A DNA stretch of 64,000 bases, taken from positions 12,028,001 to 12,092,000 of the forward strand of contig CM022675.1 of the NCBI GenBank assembly GCA_012295275.1, in the 5' to 3' direction. Of this stretch, positions 23,861 through 45,200 are shown one piece after another. The position numbers were made by a program, and so were the translations under genes. The stretch's first letter is position 1. The number at the start of each line of letters is the position of its first letter. Origin of the DNA: Chrysomallon squamiferum. Its lineage: Eukaryota; Animalia; Mollusca. The notes beneath the pieces are model-generated. The model did no database searches. It saw only the letters and a list, made by a program, of their open reading frames with translations, and was not told the DNA's origin.

Positions 23861-24532
23861 AATAAAACAGACTGTGTCTGCAGCAAGAAATGTATCCATT
23901 ACCAGACAGTTTATCCGGCAAGAGTAGGACAGGAGATGGCCCAGATTTCCGGATCTTCCGGTACAAATTAATAATCTTCTTAAACAGGTTTTCTGGAAGC
24001 CTGACAAAATTAATGGTCTGGTGCCTGCACTTGGCTTTGATTGAGTACATAAAAATATCACTGCAGGATTTTTTTTTTATTACACTGGAATTTGATGATA
24101 AAGTATTAGCTTTAATATCTCAGTATTATATGAATTCATATCATTAAAGTTTAAAATTTCGTTATTTAATTTATGTTTTTGTTCTGAAATTACATAAATC
24201 GTCAGTATTAAAATTAAAATGAAAGTCAATAAACAGAAATAAACTTGACACTGAAAATTTAGCTTCATTTTAGAATAATCAAAACACATTTTCTGTTTTC
24301 ATAGGGCTAATGGAGTATCAGTAACAAATCACATCACTGCCTAATTTTTTCTATTTTAACTTTGTTTTTGTCCCGAGAATGAAGCGAAAATAGTAACTTG
24401 TTAAATGACTGCAAATTAACAGATTTATTTTTTATTTTAATTTATTTTTCGACACATAAAAAATATAAAATAAAAAAGTAGAAAATAAAAGAGAGAGAGA
24501 AAGATAGAGAGAGATAGCTCAGAAACAAAAAG

Positions 24533-24791
<259 letters not shown>

Positions 24792-25520
24792 GGCAGCTCA
24801 GATGAGATAACGACCTTCGTAAAACTGATCTTGAATACTTCCTTGACACACAGCGGAACACACCACGCTGTAAACCACGCTCAGTTAAAAGTGCACAGAT
24901 ATCACACAGCCGCATGCATGTAAACAAGACTGCACGCCCCGAATCTTCTCCACCATATCAGTACGAAACTAAAAATACTAGTCATTTATTAACAAACAAA
25001 GAGTGTTTGTTACTACATCAAGGCACGAGAACTATTTCAACACGTCCGCCTCTATTTACATAGCATAAAGCGCTGTTAACGAAACAGGAAACGTTACGGA
25101 AATTTCACCATAGTTGCGTTGATTATAAATTACCAGTGGCTCACACAGCAGTGAATCATGTCTGTGCATTATGGCCTGATATTTTAATTATTGTCGACTC
25201 CCCCCGCTCAGATCTGTGGGGAGAGGGGCGATGGGGGAGGGGGCAGGAGGGTGATTGTTTAATTATTTATGCTTGATAACACACGTTAGATGAACCTCGT
25301 TGTGATTGCGTAATCACACACTGTCTGTGTGAGGCTAGGCTGTCTGCGGGCTCTGGGTTACAATATCAGTCGCTCGGTGAAGGAGAAGGTGGTTAGACTG
25401 ACATCCCGAGTAATGAGAGGGGAAAAAGATACTCGCGTAATCTAGCTTTAAGTATGTCTCGTTTATATACGTACGTACATACATACATACATATATACAC
25501 ATATAAACAGAGGTTGATAT

Positions 25521-25612
<92 letters not shown>

Positions 25613-26394
25613 CATAGAGACAGAGAGAGAGATTGTTACAGAGAGAAATATATACGTACATATATTATGTCTAATATAAACATACATATTTTTAAACAAT
25701 ACAGATACCATAATAAAATGGAAAAAACACTCCCCTCTACTTTCCAGAAAAAAAACCCAACAACAACAACAATACAAAACATAAGAACAAAAAAAAAACA
25801 ATAAAATACAAATAATTTATTTCTAACGATATAACCTTCAATTTCCAATAGAAAGCCGTTAACCTTTAGGTCCGCTATCTTTTACGTTACATGCTCTTGT
25901 TATTCAGATATCATTCAATTTAGCATTAATTCTGTATTAAACCAAGTCCCATTACAGTTGCAGATGCAACAAATGTTATATTACGGATGTCATTTAATAA
26001 CGGTATCCTCATCTTGTGTATATATATAAAATATCAGTGCAGTCTTTATATAATATATGTATATTATTTATATTACACAGTAGATGTCTGTCTATACAAA
26101 AAAAATGACAATACGATTGAAAGATATGTCAAATTTTATAACGAGCTTATGCAACGTTTACAAATATCTTTGTGCTTTATGCATGTGTTCACTGACCCGA
26201 GACTGACCACGTGATTCTTCATTGTAAAGAATATGGTTGTAAATAACAGTAGCCCGCCAACAAAGAAACAGCTGTTACCTGTGTGTGTCTGTGTGTGTGT
26301 GTGTGTGCGTGTGTGTGTAAAATAAAAATTTCCCTTACAAAATATACGTGTATGTGCGTGTATATATATATATATGTATGTATGTGTGCGCGCA

Positions 26395-26446
<52 letters not shown>

Positions 26447-26820
26447 GTTACAAATCCCATATATCTTTATTGAGAGAAAAAAAAAAACTATATATAATGT
26501 ATGTGGGATCTCCATATTGTGGGAGGAATTTACGAAAATGGGAGGAAGAGAATGATTAAAACAATTAAACATGTGAATGCATTAATGTAAACTGGATAAT
26601 TAACTTCACTGATTAAATGGGCACGTGTCTGCGATAACCTGTTGTATGTAGTCTGTAATTCTTGTACAGAAGCACGCGCACACTTTTCGCACGCGCAGTC
26701 CAAAAGGCTTTGCTTAACCGATGCGCGTGCGCCACCTGTATAACACCTGCCGATATATTTACCCTTGCGCGCGTGTGACGAAATATTTATGTGTTGTTAT
26801 TTTTAAATACAAAAACGTAT

Positions 26821-26875
<55 letters not shown>

Positions 26876-27038
26876 ATGTGTGTGTGCTTCTGTGTGCGCG
26901 CGCAAGTATGTCTATATATATATATATATACACACACTAATGTCATGTCATTTAATAACACACAAACACGCATATATAATACAATATAATACATACACAC
27001 ATACATACATACATATTTATATACATTGAAACATACAT

Positions 27039-27078
<40 letters not shown>

Positions 27079-27369
27079 TAAATAAATAAAAATATTAAAC
27101 AAAAAAAATGTACTTACCTATTTATATGTTCATATGTTTCAGTCCGAAAAAATAAAAATATCCTTCGTCTGATTAGAGCCGAAAAAAACACCACCCAGTA
27201 AATAATGAATCTCTTTGAATCCGAAATATTTTATATCTACCAACGCAAGATACACGGTTGATTGCATATACACACACAAAAACGTTCCAGAATCAATACG
27301 AAAATAACGTACGGTTCACAGCAGTGTTCAGTAATTTTCTTTTTAATAATTAATATTTTTTATCCTAAC

Positions 27370-27920
27370 CGGCTTCCCTATCTTAAACCGGCGGCACCCT
27401 CAGATAACCACAGAGAGCACCGAGTCAGAAAGACGATCTCTGTTCAAGGTCATTTCAAGGACGTTGTCGGAAATTCCTTCACGAGAATATCTTTATATTT
27501 TTTTCTAAATATAGACTCCAATTTACGCTAGACGGATTTCCCTGCCTCGGCGTTCGAGAGAGAGAGAGAGAGAAGTCAGCATGCAACTAGCTAACTCGAT
27601 CGACTGAATAACGCGACTAGTATCGTTACAAACGCTAGCTCGCTCGCCAGTTCTTTTTCTGGTCGAAGCCCGTGTTTAGTAGGACCGAAATCACGCGCGG
27701 AACTGGTGTTAATGGCGACCGCGTTAAAAGAAGAACAAGGATGGGCGCGTTCAATATTCTTTGTAACCATTACTCACCGTTAGAGGGCAAAACATCTACA
27801 TGCAGTTCGACATGTAGCAGCTGGGAAGGTGTCACAGAAATTAATTGCAGAAGGCGATTTTAAATTCATTCACAGGTGCGGCAACCGAACTAGGGCGGTT
27901 CCAAGATACAGGACGTCGTG
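27370..27920. promoter_or_regulatory. Candidate shared (bidirectional) promoter of the two SLC17 genes
   Basis: Locally GC/CpG-rich, flanked by outward-facing splice donors (minus TAG|GTAAGT at 27117; plus CAG|GTGCGG at 27876), with Inr-like TCAGTC on the minus strand at 27602-27607. Confidence 0.35.
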
Positions 27921-27922
27921 AT

Positions 27923-27995
<73 letters not shown>

Positions 27996-30459
27996 GTGTG
28001 GCCGCTTGATTTTTATAAATTAATATATAATTGTGTGTGTGTGTGTATGTGTGTGTGTGTGGGGTGGGTGGGTAAAATCATACATCAAAAGAAAGAAAGA
28101 AAGAAAAACCGAGTTATGGTATAGCAGGTCCGAGTATTGTACGGTGCGCTGTTAATATTTCGAGTAACTACGTGCTGTAAGGCAAACACAGGTACACTTG
28201 ATGTATGCTTTTAAAATAGTTTTAATGTTCGTTTACGTGTCACTTGATCAATTTCGTTTAAATTTGTTTCTTACCCGTGGAATAAATAATAGTGTGTTTT
28301 CTTCGGTGAGTTATGTGAGTGTGTATTTACGATAATAATAACAGCAACAACAGTAACAAATCAAAATATATGTGTCTGTATTTATGTTTGTAATTTGTAC
28401 GTGCAAAGATAAACAGTAATGACTACGGCCACATCATCAATACTACTACTGCTTCTACTACAACCACTACTGCTACTACTACTAATAATAGTAATAATAA
28501 AATTAACAGTAATGATAACTAACAACATCAAAAGGAAAGATATATAAAAAGATCTGATTTATATTTAGCATTATATATATATAATCGAACAAGTTAATCA
28601 ACTGTGAAAAATCAGAATAAAATAAAATAAATATAAAATTATAATAAAATTAATGATGAAAAAATAACCTGATGATGATGATGGTGATGATGATAAGCAT
28701 AATAATAATAATAACAATAATAATAAACAGATTTCTATTACTGTTTATTAAACTTCTTCAGTATCATTCCCTCTTATTATGAACTTCACCCAGTTTCTTT
28801 TTTCGGTAATTTCCGTCTCGTTGATTCCCACTTCGGCCAACAATGTAGCGAGGTATAACGCAAGGGGCGTAACTCTTGTATACTGAATAATGAAAATCCA
28901 CAGTAGACTGGAAAATTTGTTTTTGTGTACGTGTCTGTCTGTGTGTCTGAAGGATAATAATTTTATATCTTTTACTAATGCACGATACACTGTTGACTGC
29001 ATGTTCAGAAAAAAAAAAAAAAAAATGTTCCAAAATCTATACGAAAATAACGTACGGTACACAGAAGTGTTCTGTTATTTTCTTTCTTAAATTAATTCAT
29101 TTCATTTCTTCCGAACCAGCTTCTGTATCTTAAACCGAGGCATTCTCAGATAACCACAGAAACATATTAAACCGTCTCTGCAATGTCATGTTCGTTATGT
29201 CTCCGAATTTGTGAAAGAGATTTGTAAAATAAATAAATAAATAAATATATAAAATTTTAGCATAATATACTATTATGATAGTTATATATATATACATACT
29301 TACATATGCTCACTTTTAATGACCGAAGAAAATATTAAGGACGGTTTAAATAAATTAATTTATTATCAGTAATTTTTACGAATTAATTAATAATGTAACG
29401 TTTTTTTTTTTTTTTTTTTTTACTGTAATCTAAACACTTCCCAATGACCGGTTCACCAAAGATAATTACTAATTATTCTCCATATACCATTTACTCGGAC
29501 CACGAAGCAAAAGAAAGATGACTAATAATTTATTAAACGTGTACATTGTGGATGTTACGATTTGAAACGAACATTAACGGAAATTTTCGGAAAGGATTTG
29601 TGAAAATTTAATCATTTTGTATATAACACATATTTAAATTACGAAGACTATCGCTAATTACTTATTTGAAAAAGAAAATAGATTATTTTTAACATAAAAT
29701 AACACAAACGCATATAATTATTCATTGTGGATATGACGAACATTAACGAAAACTTTCGGAAATACTCGTGAAACATTTTCCAATGATTCATCTTTGTATA
29801 TCATATTATATCCTTCATTATTATTTTTAAAAAATCGTACACAAAATTTGGAACGGTGTTAATTATTTATGGGATATTTAAAATATATCAAACGAACACC
29901 TGCAAAGGCATCGGAAGATCTTTTATGGATACAGAACATTTTATAATTTTTTACAATTTACTTTAAAAATGTTAGAAAGATAATTTTATCAATATATATT
30001 TGTTTATGCGGCAGTTTGCCAATAACAAACACATTTCTATTTTTCTTTCTTTAAAAAATAAATAAATAAATAAATAAATAAATATATAAAAAAATAAACA
30101 TAAATATTAATCAGAAAATGACGTCATGTAATTGCTGAAACGTGACGTAACAATTACAACGCAAGATCTAATATTTTCCAGCCGTTGGTCCTTGTAGCTA
30201 ACGGCTGCTTTTTATGAATGTGGATCATTTAAGGTATTATATTATTAATTATTTTCAATTTACGAATGAAATGAAGAACTATTGTGCATATTACATTTAT
30301 AAAAATAGTCAGAAGTCTTTTAATGACATTAATTTTATTTTTAAATGCACGCGCTTTAATAATCGAACATTTTTGGTAACTCTTTCTCATTCTCTCCTTT
30401 TTTTTTTTTTTTTTTCTTTTCTTCAGATATTTGATAATATATTACGAACATTAACTTTA

Positions 30460-30495
<36 letters not shown>

Positions 30496-30656
30496 TCAAT
30501 TTTTTTTTTTTTTAATTTTTTTTTAAATTTTTTTTTTATTTTTTATTTTTTTTTTTTTTTTTTTTAATGTTCTTTACCTACATCTAGATATTTAAAATTA
30601 ATAATTTATTTTTTTATTTTTTTTTTTTTTATATAGGTGAATTCTAACAAACAAAA

Positions 30657-37468
<6,812 letters not shown>

Positions 37469-37983
37469 GACTTTTAAGAACCAATAAAGATTTTGAATCT
37501 TGTCTAACAGCAGCACGAGGCACGTCCAAGATGGGGCCTATCTATATTCTTTTTTTTCTTTACAGATGTAACATCATCTCTCTTGTCTTCGTGTGTTTCT
37601 TTTTTTTCGCAATCTCTTTGTCGACTTCCGCTCCATTTTTAGGATTTATTTCTTTCTAAATTTTTCTGGTTTATGTTTTATAAACTCTGCTGAAATAGTT
37701 TTAAAACAATATATAAAATAACCTTATGAATTTATAACGATATTAATATAACTAAAAACGATATGTTTGTATCTAGTATATTTTATTAATGTCATTTTAT
37801 GGTAGAATACAAGAATATATAAAACACAGTATTACTCTATTATAACACTATTATAATAATTTTACAATGGAAAAAAAAAAAAAAACATTATTTATTTATT
37901 TATATTTTTAACAAATATTTATTTATGTATTTTTTGAAGACAAAACTATTATTGTTATTTAATCTATGTTTTCTGAAGAATGA

Positions 37984-37989
37984 AATAAA
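37984..37989 (+). promoter_or_regulatory. Candidate polyadenylation signal of SLC17-B
   Basis: AATAAA ~515 nt after the stop codon, followed by GT/T-rich sequence. Confidence 0.4.
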
Positions 37990-38416
37990 TATTGTTTAAG
38001 CTGTCTGCGTTTGAATTATGTGTTTACCTTTGCCTTTCATATATTAACATATATTAGTCCGGATCAGTGACTGACAGCCTGGGCGTAAGCGCCCCCAGGG
38101 GGCGTTTTTGATGCGAGGCTAAGCCTGAAGCTTTTCTAGCACATAATACGTTCATTATAATCCACAAATGAAATAACGAATATCCATTAAACATTTAAAA
38201 AAAAAAAAAAAAAAAAATTCTACTTTTTTTGCATCTTTGTTGAAATTTGAGTAGTTATAACTTTATTCGTTAAATTTTAAAGTAAATTTTAATAAACAGC
38301 ATTTAAGTTTTAGATAAAATGATTTTGTAGAAATATTAAACGACAGGTTTTTTTTTTTTCCTTCTTTTTATTCAGCTGTATAAGCAATAACTACTGTAAT
38401 TATACTGTATTCTTCC

Positions 38417-38453
<37 letters not shown>

Positions 38454-38624
38454 ATCATCATCATTATCATCATTATTATCATAATTATTATTATTAAAAA
38501 CATTAACAACAACAAATCAAATGACAGAAAAAATAATACAGTAAATAAAAACTAAGGATGAGATTAAAAATAAAAGACAAAGTGGTTTTAAATATTAGGA
38601 GGAATAAAAAAAAAATCCCAAATC

Positions 38625-38655
<31 letters not shown>

Positions 38656-40106
38656 AAGAAAATAAATAAACAAGATTAATAAAATAATAATAAAAACATA
38701 CCGAAAAATCTCATTTAAAATTTAAAAGCATACATTTCAAAATCCACGACGTAACTATTACACTACACAATATTACATTTTTAACTGTTTAGAACGATAT
38801 AAGGTTATATAAACTGTTGGTTTCGGAGCAAAATGCTAGCTATTTTGTTTCTGTGTATTGGTTTCCATGACAATCGTGTTCACCTCGGCAAGTGCTTCAC
38901 CAATTTCAAATTATCACATAGTTCTGAGTTTGTTATTTAAATAATTACTTTATGTCTTGTATTTAATTATGTATAATGCTAGATTGGACGAGGCTAAAAT
39001 AAATAACCAAACAGAACAATTCGAAATAGTTTTTTGTTGTCGAAAAAAATACGAAACTACCAAATGAGTCGTCTGTCACACTTTGCAACATGGCCACCAA
39101 AAGTTACCTGTGAACATAAACAATGCCTATCATGATTAGAACTTAATACACAAACAGGTAAAACTTGGAAATGATAAAGATTGATGTATTATAAAATTTA
39201 ACTTTCGTAATATAAATCATCTTCGGCAGAGTTATGGAATAACGATAATTTTATGCAAGGATTTTATCTTTTCTAAAATCTTAAGACGTGCAGGTGCTCG
39301 ATCATTCAATCATTATCACATAACTTTACAGCCATTATTCTTTATTTTTAATTATTTATTGCACGCAGATTACAAATGATATTAATCAACGTTTGTTTGC
39401 GATATATTCAACACGTAACTACTATTTCAATAGGTATCTATTGTAAAATACGAAACCAGGAAACGATCGCCATGTTAACTTAGCAACAAAGGTAGCAGCA
39501 ACAAGCACTTAGATGTATCCAGTGAATGTGCTATTGCTGCAAAGGTGAAACTATTGGGAATAGATCAAGGCTGGTGTTTTATAAAATAGAATAATGCTAA
39601 ATTAATACAAGGATTCTGCAACTTCGGATTCGTTTACCGGGCTATGGCTGATGAATGGCGTTAGCATCTACGAAGTTGCGGCCATGTTGCAAGTGTATTT
39701 ATAATAATCCCTGTTGGTATAGCCTGGTATCGCAGTATTTTATTACTAGGAAGAAATAAAAAATAAACGATACTACTAGTACTGTTTCTACTACCATGAC
39801 TTTCACTGCTACTGATAGTACTTTAATAGCCAACGGTCCCAACTTAATCACGTCATGTCATATATTGATAAATAAATTCTGTTATGATATATTTTCTGAA
39901 ATACTTAAGTTCACCATAGCTCAAGATTCAGTTAAAAGTATTCATAATATTCGCAAATATATAGGTACAAAAAAAAGAAAAGAAAAAAGTTTAATATCTG
40001 ACTTGGGTTATTATTATTATTATTATTATTATTATTCTGTATATATTTATTTATAACCTATAATATGACTATTTGGATTACAGATTGAAGGCAACATGAC
40101 ATCATT

Positions 40107-41976
40107 ATGACAGCACGGATTACCCCAATTGACCAGATGCCTATTAGGTCAGAAATTCCTGAAATGGAACAACTTGATAAACCAGTCATTAAAGAACAAA
40201 CAAAAGCAGATAGAGATGTTGGTACGCCACTTGGACAGCGTGTAAGTGATCCAAACATTTTATTAGTATTAACAAATACTATTTCTATAGTATTTTACAA
40301 CTGTCAATGCTGCTTAAAAACAAACGAAAACTACAAAAAAAAAAAAAAAAAAAACAACAAATAAATAAATAAATAAATAAATAAAACCAATAAAAACCAA
40401 ATAAAATGCTGAATAGTTATTGCATTAACTTCAGCATAGTTTCTTCCTTTATCTTAATGTCAGAATTATTCTTTCAACTATAATTTTATAATTAAGATTC
40501 TTACTGTCATAATTTAGTACATCTTATGTATTCTAATTTTTTTTTTGCTCGTTTCCTTATTGAAAAAATTAACATTTAACATATTTTAATATTAATGTTT
40601 ATGTATGTCAGTTGATCTTTTTTTATTTTTTGTATTTTGTGCAAGTTTGTATTCATATAATAATTAGTTAAATTTTACTCTTTGTAGAATGAAGACATAG
40701 CCTGGATCCGAAGCAACTTTAAAAAGAGAGAATGTACTCATTTTATCAAACAGCCAGAGTAAGTTGATGCTAAGATTTATTAATAATCATAAAAATAATT
40801 TAAAAAAAATATATATAGTAATAATAAATAAAATAACAAAATGAAAAAAACTCTCTTCTAGCATTTATTTTATATTAAGATTTAATATTTAAATTTAGAT
40901 CAGTTATGACTTAATTCCTTTCCTAGATTTTCTTTTCTTTTATGAAGAAGTTGAAACAAAGTATAAAAAGGTTACTTTATAAATTATGTTTAAGAAAATA
41001 ACCCAAGTCAGCTATTAAACTTTTGTTCTAGAAAAATAAATTATTGATGCACCAGTACGTATACAGTATATTGACCTTTTAACAAATGCATTCTTTTTTG
41101 TAAAAATAAATAATTAATAAAATAGAAAACCCTTCTTTAGTCCTTTTGACAGGGTATACTCAATAAAATCTTGATCGAATGGTATCTTATTATTCTGTAT
41201 CACATTACTCTAAGTATGAGGATAGGAGTGAAACATAGTAATAAAGGAGATAAAATTGTCATGGTGAAACTTTATTAAAAACATTTTTGATATTTGTTGC
41301 AATATAACTGTGACTGGTTTTAAATGACTGGCATTTTCTAAGTGTTTTTAACTCATTTATTTACAGTAATAATGATGCAGCACCACTATGTCAGTGTGGA
41401 TATCCAGAATCTGGACATCCGGGCAACTATATAGCAAAGGAAGGTGAGATATGGGAAACAAGTAAACACACCAAACCAGATCTAACAGACGCTTTTGGAG
41501 AAATTGACTTTACTGACTTAGGCGGCAAAGTGTCAAAAGTAAGGGAATATTTTTGTGTATGGGTGCATGTGCATATTTTGTTGTGTGTATGAGACTGTAT
41601 ATATGTGTATTATTCACATACATACCTGTATCTATATCAGTTTATCTTTATATGTATCTCTTACATATCTATATTGATATCAGTGAATCTTCATATGTAT
41701 CTCATATAGATATCTGTATCTGTATCTGTATCAGTGTACCTTTATGTGTATCTCACATATGTATCTGTTTCTCTCTATAATCAATATATCTTTATATACA
41801 TATGTATCTCTTACATATTTGTATCTACTTCAGCATATCTTTATGTGTGTATGTCACATATATATCTGTATCTATATCTGTATCAATGTATCTTTATATG
41901 TATATATCTTTGGGTCTCTAACGTTGTCTATAACTTTGTGCCTAAACATATTCATCCACCTACACCTTTATATCAA

Positions 41977-42029
<53 letters not shown>

Positions 42030-42235
42030 CTTTGTCTTTACATGTATTTGTTTCTCTACTTTTCTGTGTAATTTAATTATGTAAAAGGATTCAAAGGAAT
42101 TTATTTCATGCAATCTTGAGTCATTGAGAAGTATATTTGGTTAAGTTCATATGTTCTTTAATATGGTTTGTATAAAACTATCAATATTATTGCATACTAA
42201 AGTAAAATATTTTGTATACAAATTCAAAAATTGTT

Positions 42236-42273
<38 letters not shown>

Positions 42274-45200
42274 GATATTTTGTTTGCAAACTCAAATACT
42301 GAGAGATACACACATAATATGTTGTATACAAATTCAGACATGTTTGGCTGTACACAAACAATATTTTATTCACGACCTAAGACATATAATTACATTTTTT
42401 AACGAAAGTATACACTACATTATTGATTCTATTTTCTTTTCTTTAATTTTCTTTTTTTATTTTCAGTACATTCGTGCAGATGTGGACACTGATGTTAACA
42501 ATGTTGTAAAACTGATGGTTGACAAATGGGGTCTTGTAAAACCCAATTTACTCATCTCTGTGACTGGCGGTGCTCAGACCTTTCAATTGAAAAGTAGACT
42601 GAAAGATGCTTTCAAACAAGGTCTTATGAAAGCTGCCCTCAGCACAGGTAAGCTAATTTTACCTGTATTATTTTAAACAGTTGTTCAGACTCACGTATCT
42701 CTACCTATATCAGTGTATCTTTATATGTATTCATATAACATCCCTGATTTAATATCAAAACAGTTACGGATTCAAAGCAATCTTCTGTCCTAGTGCTGTA
42801 TGAGAGAAGGATACAAGAGGCATCAGGCAAACTCATCCACAAATGTCTTAGAGAGAAAAAACTAAATTTAATCACTTATATGAACCAAAAAAGCATTATT
42901 AAGATTAATATATCTATATATATATATATATATATATACATATTACAAAAACAAAAATAAAATAAAATAAAAATAAAAACCACTAAAGAGCCAGTCATTG
43001 AGAACTTCTGTGTTATTTCTTCGTTGTAAAGTTTCATTAAATATTTAAAAATATTTATCACTTCCAGAACTTCTTCTTATACCCACATCTGCTTGTAAAT
43101 GTTTTTAATAAATATTTAAAAATATTTGACACTTCCAGAACTTCTTCTTAGACCCACATCTGCTTGTAAATTTTTTAAAATAAATATTTAAAAATATCTG
43201 ATACTTCCAGGAGCCTGGATAATTACTGGAGGAACAAACGCTGGAGTGATGAAACATGTAGGTGAAGCAGTTCGGGATTTCGGTCTGACTGCAAACAAAC
43301 AGGGTCAGGTCATTGCCATTGGCATAGCACCATGGGGTTGCATTTATAAAAGACAAGAACTCGTTGACACAAATGTGAGTAAATATGTTCAGTTATTTTG
43401 CTTTATGCATGCTTCTCAAATGGAAATAAATTTGCATGGAATCATGGAGCTGCTTTCAGAACAAAACAGAACTGAAGTAAATTCATATGTTATTTTCCTT
43501 CATGCATGGGCATCTTAAATGAAATCATAGCTTTGACAACGGAAGAGAACTCACAGATGTAAACATTCAATGGACTGCTCATTTGTGACAGCAGAAAAGA
43601 ATAATTTTATATGAGTATTCTGATGGAGTATATATATATATATATATATATCAGTGGTCTCCCCATCATTTGTGAAAGGGATGGTGGGAATCGGTATAAT
43701 TGGTGCAAGTAATACAAAGGGATGATACAGAAAATGTTCAGTGTATAACTACTTTGAACAATGTTCAAATGACTTGTTTGTCTAAAATACTCCTATAAAT
43801 GATAGCAAGTTTATTTTATTTGCAGTTAAATAAATTCAGAGTGTCTTTTTTATTTATTATACAAAGGGAAGTTCACAAAATAAAAGGGTGGCAGATATTG
43901 CTGCCATGGTGATGAAGGGCAGGCGAACTTGTAAGCTGTGAAAAAAATAAATAAATGTGAAACCTACTTTTTCTTTTATTAAACAAAATCATGCAAGGAA
44001 AATTGCTGGAAGAAGAAACAATTTAAATAAACACTGAGGAAAGAATTGATCTTAATCACCGTCATATCTCAGTCGAAATCTTCACGAATAAAATAATTAA
44101 TACCCGTTATCTACTTGATATGTTTTCTATAAAAGTGCAGTGTTTATGATTATTTTCCTAAAATGCAATTTATGTTAAATGGACAAAACAAAAGGGACAC
44201 ATATACATGCAAGCATAAATATCTGCATTCACACCCTCACATACTTATATTCTTGTTATATTTTTCAGGGAAAGTGGCCTGCCAGTTACAAAATAACAAA
44301 GCAGGCAACCAAGAAAGAATGTTTTCTTGATCCTAACCACTCACATTTTATTTTGATTGACAATGGAACACAACATAAATTTGCTGTGGAAATTCCTTTC
44401 CGGGCCAAACTGGAGAGTACAATAGCAAATATGAAAACTGATACAGGACAAGGTAAATATATTTTATATTCACTATGAAAGAAAATAATAAACTTTAATC
44501 AAAATTAGCAGGATAATCATAATCTGTGACCATAATGAGTTGCTAAGATTTTAAAGTAATCGTATTTGTAATATAACCCCTATTACAGTGAGAGTCTTTT
44601 GCACAGACAATTTTGCTTGTATTACATTACCAAGAATTTTATTAAGACTTCATTTACTTGAATAATACAATTCCTCCCAGATGCTGTCAGGGTTCCAGTA
44701 TGTATGCTGGTTCTTGAAGGGGGACCAGGGACTCTGGAAACCTGCTGTAGTGCCATTGAGAAAGGAACTCCTGCTGTCATCATTAAGGTACTGTTCAATT
44801 TGTATTCTGAATTTGAACAATATTTCATCTTTAATAATCTTTAGTTATATATTTATGGGTGCATCCACTGCAAAATAATATATATTGAGTAATGAAAATC
44901 AGTTATGTTTCCCTTAATGCCCCATTTGATCATTCAAACCACTGAAAGGTAAGCAAGGTCATGGTTGGGTGAGCAGAAGAAAAGAGATGCCATCCTATTT
45001 TCAGTTATAGCTTTTTTTCAATTTTTAGCTGTTTTCTTGCAGTATTTATTGTTTCTGTATCTGTATGAAGAATGTAAAATTTAATAGTGTAGGATTATTT
45101 GTTACTGAATGTTTAATTCCATGTATTTTGTTACCAGCTCAGTTTGCGACTAAACATTAATGTTGCAAACTTGAATAATGGTAAATATTATTACGTATAA

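Noticed and set aside
38077-38140. GC hairpin followed by CTAG, resembling a Helitron 3' end
   Set aside because: The hairpin-to-CTAG spacing is too long and no 5' end or independent copy is seen outside the segmental duplicate.
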